Positions 24,988 through 34,408 of a DNA stretch of 48,808 nucleotides are shown piece after piece (position 1 is the first letter of the stretch; each line of letters starts with the position of its first letter). Position numbers and translations under genes: made by a program. The DNA is from a virus (Duplodnaviria > Caudoviricetes), in the IMG/VR virus record IMGVR_UViG_3300017766_004362, positions 1 through 48,808 of that record, one strand, 5' to 3'. The notes beneath the pieces are model-generated. The model was not told where the DNA came from. It saw nothing but the letters and a program-made list of their open reading frames with translations, and made no database searches.

Positions 24988-26558
24988 TAGGGTGCCTCCG
25001 TCCAGCCCTGAGCCTTCCGGGCTTTGACTTCACCTGCGGGAATCTTGGCCGTGCGTCCCTCCGGGCTACGCATACGGACCTTGCTCTCGGCAGGCGCGGG
25101 TGCCGCCGGAGCCGGAGCAGGGGCCATACCCGCCGCCTTCGCCAACGTCGGATTCGACCGGAAGATGGGGCTGTCCGCGGTCAAACCGCCCGTGTTCTTG
25201 AGGATGCTCAAGACCTCAAGTTGATCAACTTCCGGTTTCCCCGTTCCCGCGCCGTAGGGCGACTGCGACCGAGCAAGAGCGTCACGAACAACGCCCTTGA
25301 GTGTCTCGATTGCCAACGGGGCCATGCGCGGGTCGCTGTACCAGTTCAGCCCGAAGCGTCGTTCAAAGGACGTGAGTTCTTGTCCGACTGCCGCAAGTCC
25401 CGTCTTGAGCTTCTGATAGCTCTCCTTGAGACCCTGCTGCGCTTCCAACGCACGAAGTTCGGGCGTCGTGACGAGGGGGCCGCCGAACACGCCGAGCTTT
25501 GCCCCGACCTTGCCCAGCGTGGAAACCTGTCCCGCGCCGAGATTCGTGAGAGCGCTGTCCGCTTCCTGCAAGGCAGAGGCGAGTTCTTGATAGGGTTGCG
25601 TGACGGTCTTGAGCTTTTCCAGCCTGTTCGTCAGGGCCTCGGGCTTGACGCCACGCTCGCCTGCCGCCTCTCCCGCCACACGCTGTGCGCGAAGGAAGGC
25701 CGCCGCTTCCATCGCTCGGTTGTGGCGCTCCGTCTCTGTGATCTGCGTGTCTTTCTGCTCGACTCGTTCCGGGACAGCCTCTGTGTCGGCCCGGGTCTTC
25801 CCTGCACGCGCCGCATCCAACGCTATCTGCTCCTCGACTCGGAGCATCTGCGAGAAGTTGGGAGACTTCGTCATGTCGCGCAGACCCGCAAGGGCCTCGC
25901 GCCGCTCGGGAAACCGCTGCATCAGATATTCGACCTGAGCACGGTTGTTGGCCTGCGCTTGCGCATCAACAAGGCCCTGCTCCGCCCTCTTGGCCTGAAG
26001 GGCTTGGGCTTGCCGATACCGCTCACCGAGCGACTCGGCCATGCCCGAGCGGAGGTTCTTGCCCGAGACCGCCGAGCCGAAGGTCTCGAGGCCCTGAATG
26101 AGCGACTGTCCCAAAGCCAGCCGGTCGAGGTCCGCGTCGCCCCCGGCACCGGCCACGGGTGCGGCGGGCGGAGGCGGAGGCGCGGTCAGGGTCTTCGTCA
26201 CCGTGGACGAAGGGGCTGGGGCGGAAGGCGACGGTCCCGCAGACACAGGGACCGGAGTGATGGCGGGAGTCTTGGCCGTCTCGGGAACGAACTCGGAGGG
26301 CTTGCGGGACCGAATGCCCGAAGGCATCGGAGCGAGAGTCGAGTCGAGCGAAGGCTCGACCGCAGGCCCCGCGAGAGGAGGAACGTACCCTTCCTTCGGC
26401 TTCATGGCCTCGCGAGCGAGTGCGGCCTCACTAGCCTTGCCGAACAGCTCCTCGGCGTAGGCCGGTTCCTCTTCGACGGGAACACCGGACCACAGTTCTC
26501 GTCCTTCTTCGGGTGCCCCGAAAGCGCGAGACAGGTCTCGGAACATCGGCGTCGCCAT
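24987..26558 (-). CDS. Internal virion / ejection protein (putative)
   Basis: 523 aa with Pro-rich linker and helical core; position in the ejection block. Confidence 0.55.
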   Translation of the reverse strand: MATPMFRDLSRAFGAPEEGRELWSGVPVEEEPAYAEELFGKASEAALAREAMKPKEGYVPPLAGPAVEPSLDSTLAPMPSGIRSRKPSEFVPETAKTPAITPVPVSAGPSPSAPAPSSTVTKTLTAPPPPPAAPVAGAGGDADLDRLALGQSLIQGLETFGSAVSGKNLRSGMAESLGERYRQAQALQAKRAEQGLVDAQAQANNRAQVEYLMQRFPERREALAGLRDMTKSPNFSQMLRVEEQIALDAARAGKTRADTEAVPERVEQKDTQITETERHNRAMEAAAFLRAQRVAGEAAGERGVKPEALTNRLEKLKTVTQPYQELASALQEADSALTNLGAGQVSTLGKVGAKLGVFGGPLVTTPELRALEAQQGLKESYQKLKTGLAAVGQELTSFERRFGLNWYSDPRMAPLAIETLKGVVRDALARSQSPYGAGTGKPEVDQLEVLSILKNTGGLTADSPIFRSNPTLAKAAGMAPAPAPAAPAPAESKVRMRSPEGRTAKIPAGEVKARKAQGWTEAP

Positions 26559-26560
26559 GA

Positions 26561-27355
26561 CTACCCACCCTTCTTCTTGAACAGGTCGTCTTGCAGGCCC
26601 TGCCCGCGGGACCCATACGAGATGAGACCCGTCCCGAGAGCCGTAGCACCGGCCGCGCCCATGGAAGGTCCGACCTGACCGAACTGGCCCTGAGCCTGTC
26701 CGGCACCCGACGCGAGATTGGCCTTGTTCGACGCCACATTGAGCCGGGAGCTCGCCTCGAAGAGCCGCTTCTGGTCCTCGGCCTGCGCCCGACGCTCGGC
26801 CTCACCGTAAGCCTGACCACGGACCTGCGACCCGAGGCCACCGAGGCCCTGCATGGCTTGGAACGCTCGACGCTGAGCCTGCGCCGCCGTCTCGAGTCCC
26901 GCCTGTCCGGCACGGTTCGCCGCGGCCTGACCGGCGGCTTGCTGCATGGCGATGCGGGCACCGGAGTCGAGGACACCCTGCCGCTGAAGCTGGCCCTGAA
27001 GGGCCGCTTGCTGGCTCGAGGCCATGGCCGCGGTCTGCGACTGAATGTTCCGAAGCGCGGCCTCTTCCTCGGGCGTGTACCCGCCGGCCGCGACCTGCTG
27101 CATTCGTCGCAGGGCCTCGCGCTGGGCCGCGACCGCCTCGGGAGCCTCGGCCTCGGCGCTCAGGCCCGAGGTGGCGAGTTCCTGCGACGCATAGTCGCTG
27201 ATGACGCCCTCGGCCTCGGGGCCGTACTTCTCAACGGCGGCTTGGATGAGTTCGTTGGCCTTGTCGGCGTTGCCCGAGGCCATGTACGCGGCAACCATGT
27301 TGCCGACCGCACCGATCCCCGCACCGAGAGCCATCACTTCAAGTCCGGTCAACAT
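26561..27355 (-). CDS. Internal virion / DNA transfer protein (putative)
   Basis: Gly-rich hydrophobic N-terminus (ALGAGIGAVG) and Gln/Ala/Gly-rich body, typical of small podovirus ejection proteins. Confidence 0.6.
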   Translation of the reverse strand: MLTGLEVMALGAGIGAVGNMVAAYMASGNADKANELIQAAVEKYGPEAEGVISDYASQELATSGLSAEAEAPEAVAAQREALRRMQQVAAGGYTPEEEAALRNIQSQTAAMASSQQAALQGQLQRQGVLDSGARIAMQQAAGQAAANRAGQAGLETAAQAQRRAFQAMQGLGGLGSQVRGQAYGEAERRAQAEDQKRLFEASSRLNVASNKANLASGAGQAQGQFGQVGPSMGAAGATALGTGLISYGSRGQGLQDDLFKKKGG

Positions 27356-27371
27356 GGGTGAGTCCTAGAGG

Positions 27372-27974
27372 CTAGACGAAAGAAGTGCCGTCCACGGCAG
27401 CGCGAACCCACTTCTTTTCGTCCTCTGAAAGATCGCGATAGGTGCCGGAAGAACCACCTTGGCGCAGGTACTCATTGTACCGCATGACGTTCGCTTGCTG
27501 CGGGTCCTGAAGGGGCGTTCCGAGCCGTTCTGAGAGCTGCTTGAACCGCTGCTGCCCTTCCTTGGCCGCTTCCCGCGACGTCGTGCCCTGCCCGAGCATG
27601 ACGTCGAACGCACTCGGGGGCTGCGTGCCGGTGCCCATGCCGCCGGGACCCTGCATGACGTTCAACGCCCCGAAGTCCTTGGCTCCTGCCGCCGCCTTCT
27701 CGGCCTGCGCCTGAACCGCGGGCGCGTTCGCTCCGAAGTATTGACCGAAGTTCACGAACCCCGAGCCGCCGGTCGAGGTCGGTGCCTTCGGACCCGCGGG
27801 CGCGGGTGCACTACCACTGGACGCGGGAGCTTCGCCGCCGCCCGTTGAGTACGAGAACGCGGGCTTGTTCTCAGCCTTGCCCTCAAAGTACGACGACAGC
27901 CGCTGATTGGCCGCTTCCCCGGTCTCCCGAGGGTCTTTGAACGACGAGCGTGCGGGGCTAGGTGTCAGAGCCAC
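27372..27974 (-). CDS. Hypothetical virion-associated protein
   Basis: 200-aa ORF filling the gap in the structural operon. Confidence 0.6.
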   Translation of the reverse strand: MALTPSPARSSFKDPRETGEAANQRLSSYFEGKAENKPAFSYSTGGGEAPASSGSAPAPAGPKAPTSTGGSGFVNFGQYFGANAPAVQAQAEKAAAGAKDFGALNVMQGPGGMGTGTQPPSAFDVMLGQGTTSREAAKEGQQRFKQLSERLGTPLQDPQQANVMRYNEYLRQGGSSGTYRDLSEDEKKWVRAAVDGTSFV

Positions 27975-27977
27975 GGT

Positions 27978-28391
27978 CTACTCCACCGACCGGAGCATCG
28001 CCTTCAGAATCCGGCGGGTCACCGGCTTGTTGCCCGCCCAGTTCGACCACGCGGCCACATGACCGGGCTTCTCGGCCGATAGCTTCTCGGCCAGCTCCTC
28101 GGTCTTCGGCCCCGCGGCCCATTCGGCCTGCTTGCCGACCGGAATGACGTGGCACCAGAACCAGTCCACCGGGGCGTTGCCCTCGCCGAACGCAGCCGCG
28201 AAGTCGGCGGGAACGGCCTTCTGCCCGTCGAGCAGACCCTTGACCTCGTCCAAGGTCGGGATGCGCTTGCTCCCGACGAGCGAGGCGACGGCCTCGTCCC
28301 ACAGGCTCGCGGCGGACGGAACCTTCTGCCACACGAGGCCCGTCTCGGTATCCTCGACCTGACCACCACCGATGTCTTCAAAACGCGGCAT
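27978..28391 (-). CDS. DUF1566/Lcl-type domain protein
   Basis: VEDTETGLVWQK...W..A...RIPTLDEVKGLL; ATG 28391 with GAGG RBS. Confidence 0.6.
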   Translation of the reverse strand: MPRFEDIGGGQVEDTETGLVWQKVPSAASLWDEAVASLVGSKRIPTLDEVKGLLDGQKAVPADFAAAFGEGNAPVDWFWCHVIPVGKQAEWAAGPKTEELAEKLSAEKPGHVAAWSNWAGNKPVTRRILKAMLRSVE

Positions 28392-28444
28392 TTTGCACCT
28401 CTCGTTGTTCCTTGTTCCCTGCCGGTCACTTAGGTTCGTCTGCA

Positions 28445-28864
28445 CTACCCGCCGCTCGTCACGAGCAGCGACACTTCGTACTCATGGCCCGTCGTCAGGT
28501 CCGACATGGCCGTGAACTCGATGCCCGGGATTCCGTTCGCGGTCTTCCGACCCCATGCGATGCGGGGCGCGAGCGCCGGCACACGGTCCGTCGTGTCGAA
28601 GCACTGCGTTACGAAGACCACGTCCGGCAGGCCCGTCATCTCCTTCGTCGAGACGAAGAGCGGGAACGAGTCCGACCGGACCTTCACGGTCTTGCGAAGG
28701 GCGGCGAAGTTCGCCCAGGTCAGTCTCTGCGCCAGCGCGTTGCGCGTGGCCGAGATGAACGGGTTGATGGCATAGGCGAGCTGCTCCATGACCGGCTTGA
28801 CGTCCTCGGTCATGTCCTTGAAGTCGTCCGTTCGCAGACGTGTGAGCGGGGGGATCTTCGCCAT
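28445..28864 (-). CDS. Hypothetical virion protein
   Basis: Immediately follows the large tail gene. Confidence 0.65.
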   Translation of the reverse strand: MAKIPPLTRLRTDDFKDMTEDVKPVMEQLAYAINPFISATRNALAQRLTWANFAALRKTVKVRSDSFPLFVSTKEMTGLPDVVFVTQCFDTTDRVPALAPRIAWGRKTANGIPGIEFTAMSDLTTGHEYEVSLLVTSGG

Positions 28865-28867
28865 GGA

Positions 28868-31498
28868 CTACCTCACGGTTCCCGTGCGTTCGCTGGTCGA
28901 GTCGAAGACGAGCGTGTAGCCGTTCAGCGCCCAGTAGCTCCGGTTCACCGTCGCCGACAACCCGAGCGTGTAGTAGGTGGCTCGCTGTACGGTCTGCGGC
29001 ACGAGCTTGCGGAACTGGAGCGGAAGCTCGGCGGGACCGATGACAGAGGAGGCAGGAATCGTCGCGTCCGTCAGTGCGATCACCGGGATGTCTTCTCCCG
29101 CGGGAACGATGTCGGTCTTGAGCGAGAACGTCGCCTCGACAAATCTAGTGTTGTCTAGGTTCCTCTTGGCCTCACGGAAATGAAAGTGCGCCTCGCGAAC
29201 CTGCTTTGTGGCGTAGGGTGTCCCGAGCGTGGTCGGAGCCCACCGAACCGTCGAGACGATGGAGCCATTGGTCTCTTGCAGATAGTCCTCGACGGACGAC
29301 GTCTTCCGGTCCTTCACGAGGTAGCGCGTCGGACCCTGTAGCCCGTAGAACCCCGCGTCGAGCGACGGGCTCACGCGGCCGCACTTGCGCTCAACGGGGA
29401 ACGACCACGTCGTCCAGGCACCCGAGGTCAGGCCGTAGACATACGCCTTCGCCCCGTAGCCCGTGACCCCGATGTTCGGCATGAACAGCGCGAAGACCTT
29501 CTCGCTTTCGTACCCGACACCGAAGGCCGTGGCCGTGGTCGTGAGCTTCGACGAGGCGAAGTAGGGCTTGAGCAGGGAGTCGATGGGCTCGTCGATGGGC
29601 TGAATCGACCCTTCGGTAATGGCGACGACGCCGTCGTCCATGAGCGCGAAGACCGTCGAACCGATGGCCGTCACCGAGTCCGGGGCGATGAGCTGCACCG
29701 TGTCGTCCACGAGTTGCGCCGAGAAGGGGTAGTCCCCGTAGATGGCGAACGTGCCCTCCTCTTTCAGCACGAGGAGCCGGTCGCGCTGCGGTTGGATGCG
29801 GAGGATGGGCTTGCCGGCGGTTCCGACGTCGATGTAGTTCAGAGCGGGGACCGCTTCCGGTTCGAGGACCTTGGAGTAGTACAGCCGCTCGGGGGAAAGC
29901 TGGTTCTCGGACGACTGCCCGACCGACAAGTCCGGGTTCCAGACCGTGTTGGCGAAGCGGCGCTTCACGCGCGTGTACACAAGATACGGAAAAACGAGAC
30001 CGGCGATCTCAAACGTGTCGGCGTCAACCACGTTGGTCACGCGCACGTTCAGCGTAGGGTAGCCCGCCCGTGTAAAGCGAACGGCATCTCCGACAAGCAG
30101 CCGGTGCGGCACCGTGCCGGTCGTCACGGTCGTGACCCCCGCAGCCGTGGTCATGCTCGTGATGAGAAGGTCTGGCGTCGCGTAGGTGACCGTGAAGCCA
30201 ACGGACGAGGCCGCGTCCACGGTCAGGCGGCGAAAGAGAATGTTCGACCGAATGTCGAACGTCGTGTCGGTCACGAGGTACGCGATGATGTCGGAGCGGT
30301 CGAGAGCCACCTGCCCGTTCACGCAGGTCGCGAGCTGCTCCAGCGTCCTCGAGATGTTCTCGGCCGGGGTGCCCGCGCTGTAGACCTGGAACGTCTGCGC
30401 GTTGGAGTCCGTGGCCGTGCTCGCGGTCAGCGTCACGCTCGCCGCGCCCGTGTCGATGGTGACGGTGTCGCCGACGCGAAGACCCGTGGCGTCGAGATTC
30501 GTGTTCCCGCCTCCGCCCACACCGAGAAGCTGCACGGCGAGCGAGTCGGGCTGGCGCGTGTTCGCGTACCATAGTCTCTGTGACCACGAGGCGAGGTCCG
30601 TCGAGTAGGGCGCGGGGGAATTGGCCTGCGTCGCGCCTTCCTGCTCGTCGTTCGTGTAGAGCGGCAACTGAGCCGCGACGAACTGGGGCGGCGCGATGTC
30701 CGTCGTGAAGAACTCGCTGTTGCGGGTGTACTCGGCCGTGTCAACGTTCACTTCGGTCGCGAGCTGGAGCAGTTCCGTAGGCAGCGTCGGTGAGGTGACG
30801 ATGGCTGAACGGTAGAACTGGACGAACAGACCGGGGATGAGGTCGCCGTTCACGTCGACCGGAGCGGTGATGAGCAGCACGCCGAGGTAGACGTTCCCGA
30901 GGCTCCCGGTCGTGTTCGTGACGATGATGCGCTCGGACGGAGGTCCGAGGTGGATGACGTCGTTCTCGTCCTTGAAGCCGAAGACCACTCGGTACGCGAC
31001 CGACTCGCCGTCCGCCAGCCACCCGGGCGGCACGGGCGAGCCCGTATCGGGAACGACCGCGCCGAGGGGTAGGGTCGGTGCCTGAATCCCGCTCACGCGG
31101 GGCGTGACCGTGTCCGCCGACTCGATGACGACGACACCCTTGTCCGTCGCGGCGTGAAGGTGACGACCGTTCACGGCAATCTTGAGTCGATAGGACGTGT
31201 ACCCCTCGGGCTGCGCGGCCGAGTAGTTGCCGGTCAGGTTCTGAGCGGCCCCTACGAACCGGATCTTGTCCGCCGATTCGCTGTGTATGAGCGTGTCGTC
31301 GTCGAAGAACGCGACCTGCGAAACGGGATTGGTCCACGACGCGACCGTCACGGCCTCCTGCCCACGCCTCGGCTCGAGCACGTCGGGGAACCGGATGACG
31401 ACGTTGTCGGCCTCGACGAGCGCACCTTCCGAACCGGCCCCGAGGTTGTTGGGACTCGTGTTCAGACCACGGAAGCTGAGAGAAGTCTCAAAGGGCAT
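28868..31498 (-). CDS. Tail tubular / nozzle-like protein (putative)
   Basis: 876 aa, beta-rich; N-terminal FRGLNT...ADNV; RLYYSKVLEPEAVP; follows the adaptor gene. Confidence 0.65.
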   Translation of the reverse strand: MPFETSLSFRGLNTSPNNLGAGSEGALVEADNVVIRFPDVLEPRRGQEAVTVASWTNPVSQVAFFDDDTLIHSESADKIRFVGAAQNLTGNYSAAQPEGYTSYRLKIAVNGRHLHAATDKGVVVIESADTVTPRVSGIQAPTLPLGAVVPDTGSPVPPGWLADGESVAYRVVFGFKDENDVIHLGPPSERIIVTNTTGSLGNVYLGVLLITAPVDVNGDLIPGLFVQFYRSAIVTSPTLPTELLQLATEVNVDTAEYTRNSEFFTTDIAPPQFVAAQLPLYTNDEQEGATQANSPAPYSTDLASWSQRLWYANTRQPDSLAVQLLGVGGGGNTNLDATGLRVGDTVTIDTGAASVTLTASTATDSNAQTFQVYSAGTPAENISRTLEQLATCVNGQVALDRSDIIAYLVTDTTFDIRSNILFRRLTVDAASSVGFTVTYATPDLLITSMTTAAGVTTVTTGTVPHRLLVGDAVRFTRAGYPTLNVRVTNVVDADTFEIAGLVFPYLVYTRVKRRFANTVWNPDLSVGQSSENQLSPERLYYSKVLEPEAVPALNYIDVGTAGKPILRIQPQRDRLLVLKEEGTFAIYGDYPFSAQLVDDTVQLIAPDSVTAIGSTVFALMDDGVVAITEGSIQPIDEPIDSLLKPYFASSKLTTTATAFGVGYESEKVFALFMPNIGVTGYGAKAYVYGLTSGAWTTWSFPVERKCGRVSPSLDAGFYGLQGPTRYLVKDRKTSSVEDYLQETNGSIVSTVRWAPTTLGTPYATKQVREAHFHFREAKRNLDNTRFVEATFSLKTDIVPAGEDIPVIALTDATIPASSVIGPAELPLQFRKLVPQTVQRATYYTLGLSATVNRSYWALNGYTLVFDSTSERTGTVR

Positions 31499-31522
31499 GA
31501 CGGTAGCCTTCCGACCCGAGGG

Positions 31523-32203
31523 CTACCGCATGTAGTACGGTCGCCTTCGATAGGTCCACCCGGGACCTTGGTAGTTGATGACCACGCGAGCCGAGCCTTC
31601 GCCACGCGGTGAGATGAGCTGGATGCACGTCACGCGGGTACGCTCGGCGCTCGCCGCCGCGGCCTCGGCGCGGTTGTCCCCGAGAGCGTCGAGGCAGCGG
31701 TACACGGCACGCTGCACGAGCAGCGGACACAGGTCCGTGGGGATGCCGGGAACGCTCGACGCCGAGTAGGTCAGAGCCGCAGGACGCTTGTAGTAGAGCA
31801 GCCGAATCTGCGCCGAAGGCGTCTGGTTCACCGGCACGAGGTGGATGTTCGCCCCTCGAAACAGGTAGCCCTGGATGTCGCCGCTCGCGAGGAACTGCGC
31901 CTCGTACTCCGGTTCGATGCGCGGCAGCGAGATCCAAGAGTTCATGCTCTGGATCTGGATGTCACGAATCTTGAGACCGATGGCGTCTGCCGGCAGGGTG
32001 ATGGTGGTCGAGACCGGCACACCGAGGTTCTCGGCGTGAACGAGGTACTCCTCGGTCGTCGCCATGAGCATCGGGACGATGTACTCAACCATCTCGTCGT
32101 TGAGGAACGACGTGATGTCGTCGTTCGACAAGACCTGCGTCGAGTTCGGAATCATGGCGCGACGACGCACGTCCGCCACAAGGCTGACCACGTCGTAAGC
32201 CAT
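31523..32203 (-). CDS. Head-tail adaptor / tail tubular protein A-like (putative)
   Basis: LVADVRRRA...DITSFLNDE helical N-terminus, YYKRP, LLVQRAV; size and position. Confidence 0.65.
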   Translation of the reverse strand: MAYDVVSLVADVRRRAMIPNSTQVLSNDDITSFLNDEMVEYIVPMLMATTEEYLVHAENLGVPVSTTITLPADAIGLKIRDIQIQSMNSWISLPRIEPEYEAQFLASGDIQGYLFRGANIHLVPVNQTPSAQIRLLYYKRPAALTYSASSVPGIPTDLCPLLVQRAVYRCLDALGDNRAEAAAASAERTRVTCIQLISPRGEGSARVVINYQGPGWTYRRRPYYMR

Positions 32204-32206
32204 GAC

Positions 32207-32542
32207 CTAGCCCCGCTTCATCTTCGAGAGAAGCATCTCGAGCAGCTCGGGGGTGATCTCGCCGGGCATCTCGCCCTCGGCCTTGTCCTCGGCCATTTCC
32301 TCGGCCATGTCGGCCTCGGCGAGACCGGCCTTCGGCATGGGCGTCTCGCCCATCTTCTCGGCCATCTTGCCGTACTCCTCGCCCTCGCCCTCCATCTCCT
32401 CGGGCTCGACCTTCGTCGACTCGATGGAAATGGCGATGGCGGGCTTCTTGCCGTAACCGCCCTTGAGGTGGCCGGCCATGCCTTCCTTGCCGAAGACCTT
32501 GACGGCCTGAAGGGCCTTGCGCTTGACGTCGAGCGGGTTCAT
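32207..32542 (-). CDS. Acidic Glu/Met-rich hypothetical protein
   Basis: ATG 32542 with GAGGAG RBS. Confidence 0.65.
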   Translation of the reverse strand: MNPLDVKRKALQAVKVFGKEGMAGHLKGGYGKKPAIAISIESTKVEPEEMEGEGEEYGKMAEKMGETPMPKAGLAEADMAEEMAEDKAEGEMPGEITPELLEMLLSKMKRG

Positions 32543-32613
32543 GGGAAACTCCTCACTTGCTCTTGTTCGCGCCGCAACGGCGCTCACGGTAGTTCACGCC
32601 GCGGTTGCGCTCA

Positions 32614-32817
32614 CTACTTCTTCGCCGCCTTGATCAACGCCGCCGCCTGCTTCACCTTGTCGAGGTTCAGCGCCAGCGCGTTCACCACGACCTGGGCCTT
32701 CGCCACGTTGGCCGAAGGAGCCTCGGCGGAACGGGCGTGCTGGTTGAGCGCCGATGCGATGGCCGAAAAGACCGGAACGATGGCACCGACGATGGCGAGA
32801 ATGTGCTCAAGGGTCAT
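32614..32817 (-). CDS. Small membrane protein (holin-like)
   Basis: Hydrophobic ILAIVGAIVPVFSAIASAL; basic C-terminus; AGGAG RBS. Confidence 0.55.
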   Translation of the reverse strand: MTLEHILAIVGAIVPVFSAIASALNQHARSAEAPSANVAKAQVVVNALALNLDKVKQAAALIKAAKK

Positions 32818-32995
32818 TGCTCTTCTCCTGTTTTTCTGTCTGAAGGCGCTTTGCCTCTGCTTCAAGTGCCAAAGCGACGTGCCGGAATACTGGGGTCAGT
32901 TCCTTGGCGTGCCGAAACAGCCATACAAACACCGCCAAAAGAAGTGCCACCGCTCCTAGTCCAATTGCTGCAAGAACGTGCTCAAACAACATCAT
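32807..32995 (-). CDS. Small single-TM protein
   Basis: VLAAIGLGAVALLLAVFVWLF. Confidence 0.55.
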   Translation of the reverse strand: MMLFEHVLAAIGLGAVALLLAVFVWLFRHAKELTPVFRHVALALEAEAKRLQTEKQEKSNDP

Positions 32996-33482
32996 GCTCT
33001 TCTTCCTTCTGTTCGAGCGCGAATAGCCGCGTCTCGTGAATGGTAGCACGCTCGTCGTTCTTGGTGACGACCTGTGTCAACGCCTTGACTTGTTCCTCGA
33101 GGGCGACGTGCCGGGAGGAGCAGTCCGGCTTCTTGGCGTCGACCTGCGCCTTCTTGGTCTTGTGGTCGAGCCACGCCGGCACGAGCTTGAGTGCGAGGCC
33201 CGAGGCCAGCACCAGCCCGACCAGCACCACGGTCATGCCCGAGATGGGTCCTTCCTTCGCCAGCACCTCGGACACGCCAACAAGAGGCTCGGGATGCCCG
33301 AGGGTCGGAACCCCCTGCTCCAGCTTCGACTCGCCCTTCATCGGCGACTCCTTTCCATGAGGGCACCCGTTCCGTCCCTCGTAGTCGTTCTCGACCGCGT
33401 GTCCGTGCTCGTCGACCACCGTCATCGGCACCGTGAAGCGGCACTCGCCCTCCTCGATTACGAAGGGTTCGGGACAGGTCAC
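32982..33482 (-). CDS. Membrane protein with C-terminal coiled coil
   Basis: GTGA-coupled start at 33482; TM segment MTVVLVGLVLASGLALKLV. Confidence 0.55.
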   Translation of the reverse strand: MTCPEPFVIEEGECRFTVPMTVVDEHGHAVENDYEGRNGCPHGKESPMKGESKLEQGVPTLGHPEPLVGVSEVLAKEGPISGMTVVLVGLVLASGLALKLVPAWLDHKTKKAQVDAKKPDCSSRHVALEEQVKALTQVVTKNDERATIHETRLFALEQKEEEHDVV

Positions 33483-33667
33483 GGCGACTCGGAGCCACCC
33501 GTTCGACGCAGCCGGTTGTACGCGGCCTTCTTGGCCTTGACCCGCTCGGGGAGCTTCTTCTCGTTCGGCGTCTCGTCCGACCACCGGCTCGCCGTGCCCT
33601 TGGGAACATCCCCTCGGTCCTCGGCGGCATACATGAAACGACGCTGCGCTTGGCTCTTGTACGGCAC
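33479..33667 (-). CDS. Small basic phage protein
   Basis: MPYKSQAQRRFMYA N-terminus of a kind common in phage structural regions; GGGAG RBS. Confidence 0.65.
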   Translation of the reverse strand: MPYKSQAQRRFMYAAEDRGDVPKGTASRWSDETPNEKKLPERVKAKKAAYNRLRRTGGSESP

Positions 33668-33669
33668 GG

Positions 33670-33990
33670 TCAGTCTCCCTTCTTCAGACGACGGATGGCA
33701 TTCATCTTGGCCTTGGCCCAGTTCACGCCGGCCGCGCCGCCCCAGAGCTTGATGGCGATGGCCCGGGCGCTAGGCCCGCCGTCCGGTGGGTCGCTCTCGG
33801 GCTGGCCGAGGTGTCTCGCAAACGCGGCCATGCGCCCCACGGTCTCGCGGGACAGTTCCGCACCGCGGGACAGGTCGCGGGCACGGGCCACGCCGACCGC
33901 GGTCCCGCCCCGGCCCCACTTGCGGCGAAGCTCGAGGCCGTGGGCCGCAGCGGCACGGGCCGAGGGCGGGGGCTTGAAGCCTTCGGCCAT
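33670..33990 (-). CDS. Conserved-type phage hypothetical protein
   Basis: GGTAVGVARARDL...LSRETVGRMAAFARH...IAIKLWGGAAG pattern. Confidence 0.65.
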   Translation of the reverse strand: MAEGFKPPPSARAAAAHGLELRRKWGRGGTAVGVARARDLSRGAELSRETVGRMAAFARHLGQPESDPPDGGPSARAIAIKLWGGAAGVNWAKAKMNAIRRLKKGD

Positions 33991-33992
33991 GG

Positions 33993-34364
33993 CTAGTTCA
34001 CCGACTCGTCGGACGGCTGCGTGGGCGTGACCGGCAGGTCGATGACCGGCGGAGGCGCGGGCGGGTTCGTCGGCTCGGGGGTCACGAGCACGTCGATGGC
34101 CCCGGCGAACTCGGGCAGCGTCTTCAGGTACTCGTAGCTGGCCGCGATGATGTTCGCGCCCACGAGCGTCGAGGTCGCGACCGTGTATTCGTGCTGCTTC
34201 ACCGGCTGCTTGAGGTCGGCTCGCGCCGTGCCGTTCGCGTAGTAGTTGACCCAGATGAGGCTGTCCGCCTTCCAGGCGCGGACGAACTCGACCTTGACGT
34301 AGCTCTCGGGGAAGTTCTCGCCGACCAGCGTGTCGGCGGCGAGGAGGGAGACCTGAAGTGCCAT
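33993..34364 (-). CDS. Fibre-associated / chaperone-like protein (putative)
   Basis: AAGGA RBS; MALQ...YEYLKTLPEFAGAIDV; directly after the large fibre-like gene. Confidence 0.55.
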   Translation of the reverse strand: MALQVSLLAADTLVGENFPESYVKVEFVRAWKADSLIWVNYYANGTARADLKQPVKQHEYTVATSTLVGANIIAASYEYLKTLPEFAGAIDVLVTPEPTNPPAPPPVIDLPVTPTQPSDESVN

Positions 34365-34408
34365 GGAGCGTTCCTTTCGGTGGGCGCTGTGCGCCGGTAA
34401 GGGGCGGA

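Noticed and set aside
27978-28391. Diversity-generating retroelement target (DUF1566-type domain)
   Set aside because: No reverse transcriptase and no template/variable repeat pair seen
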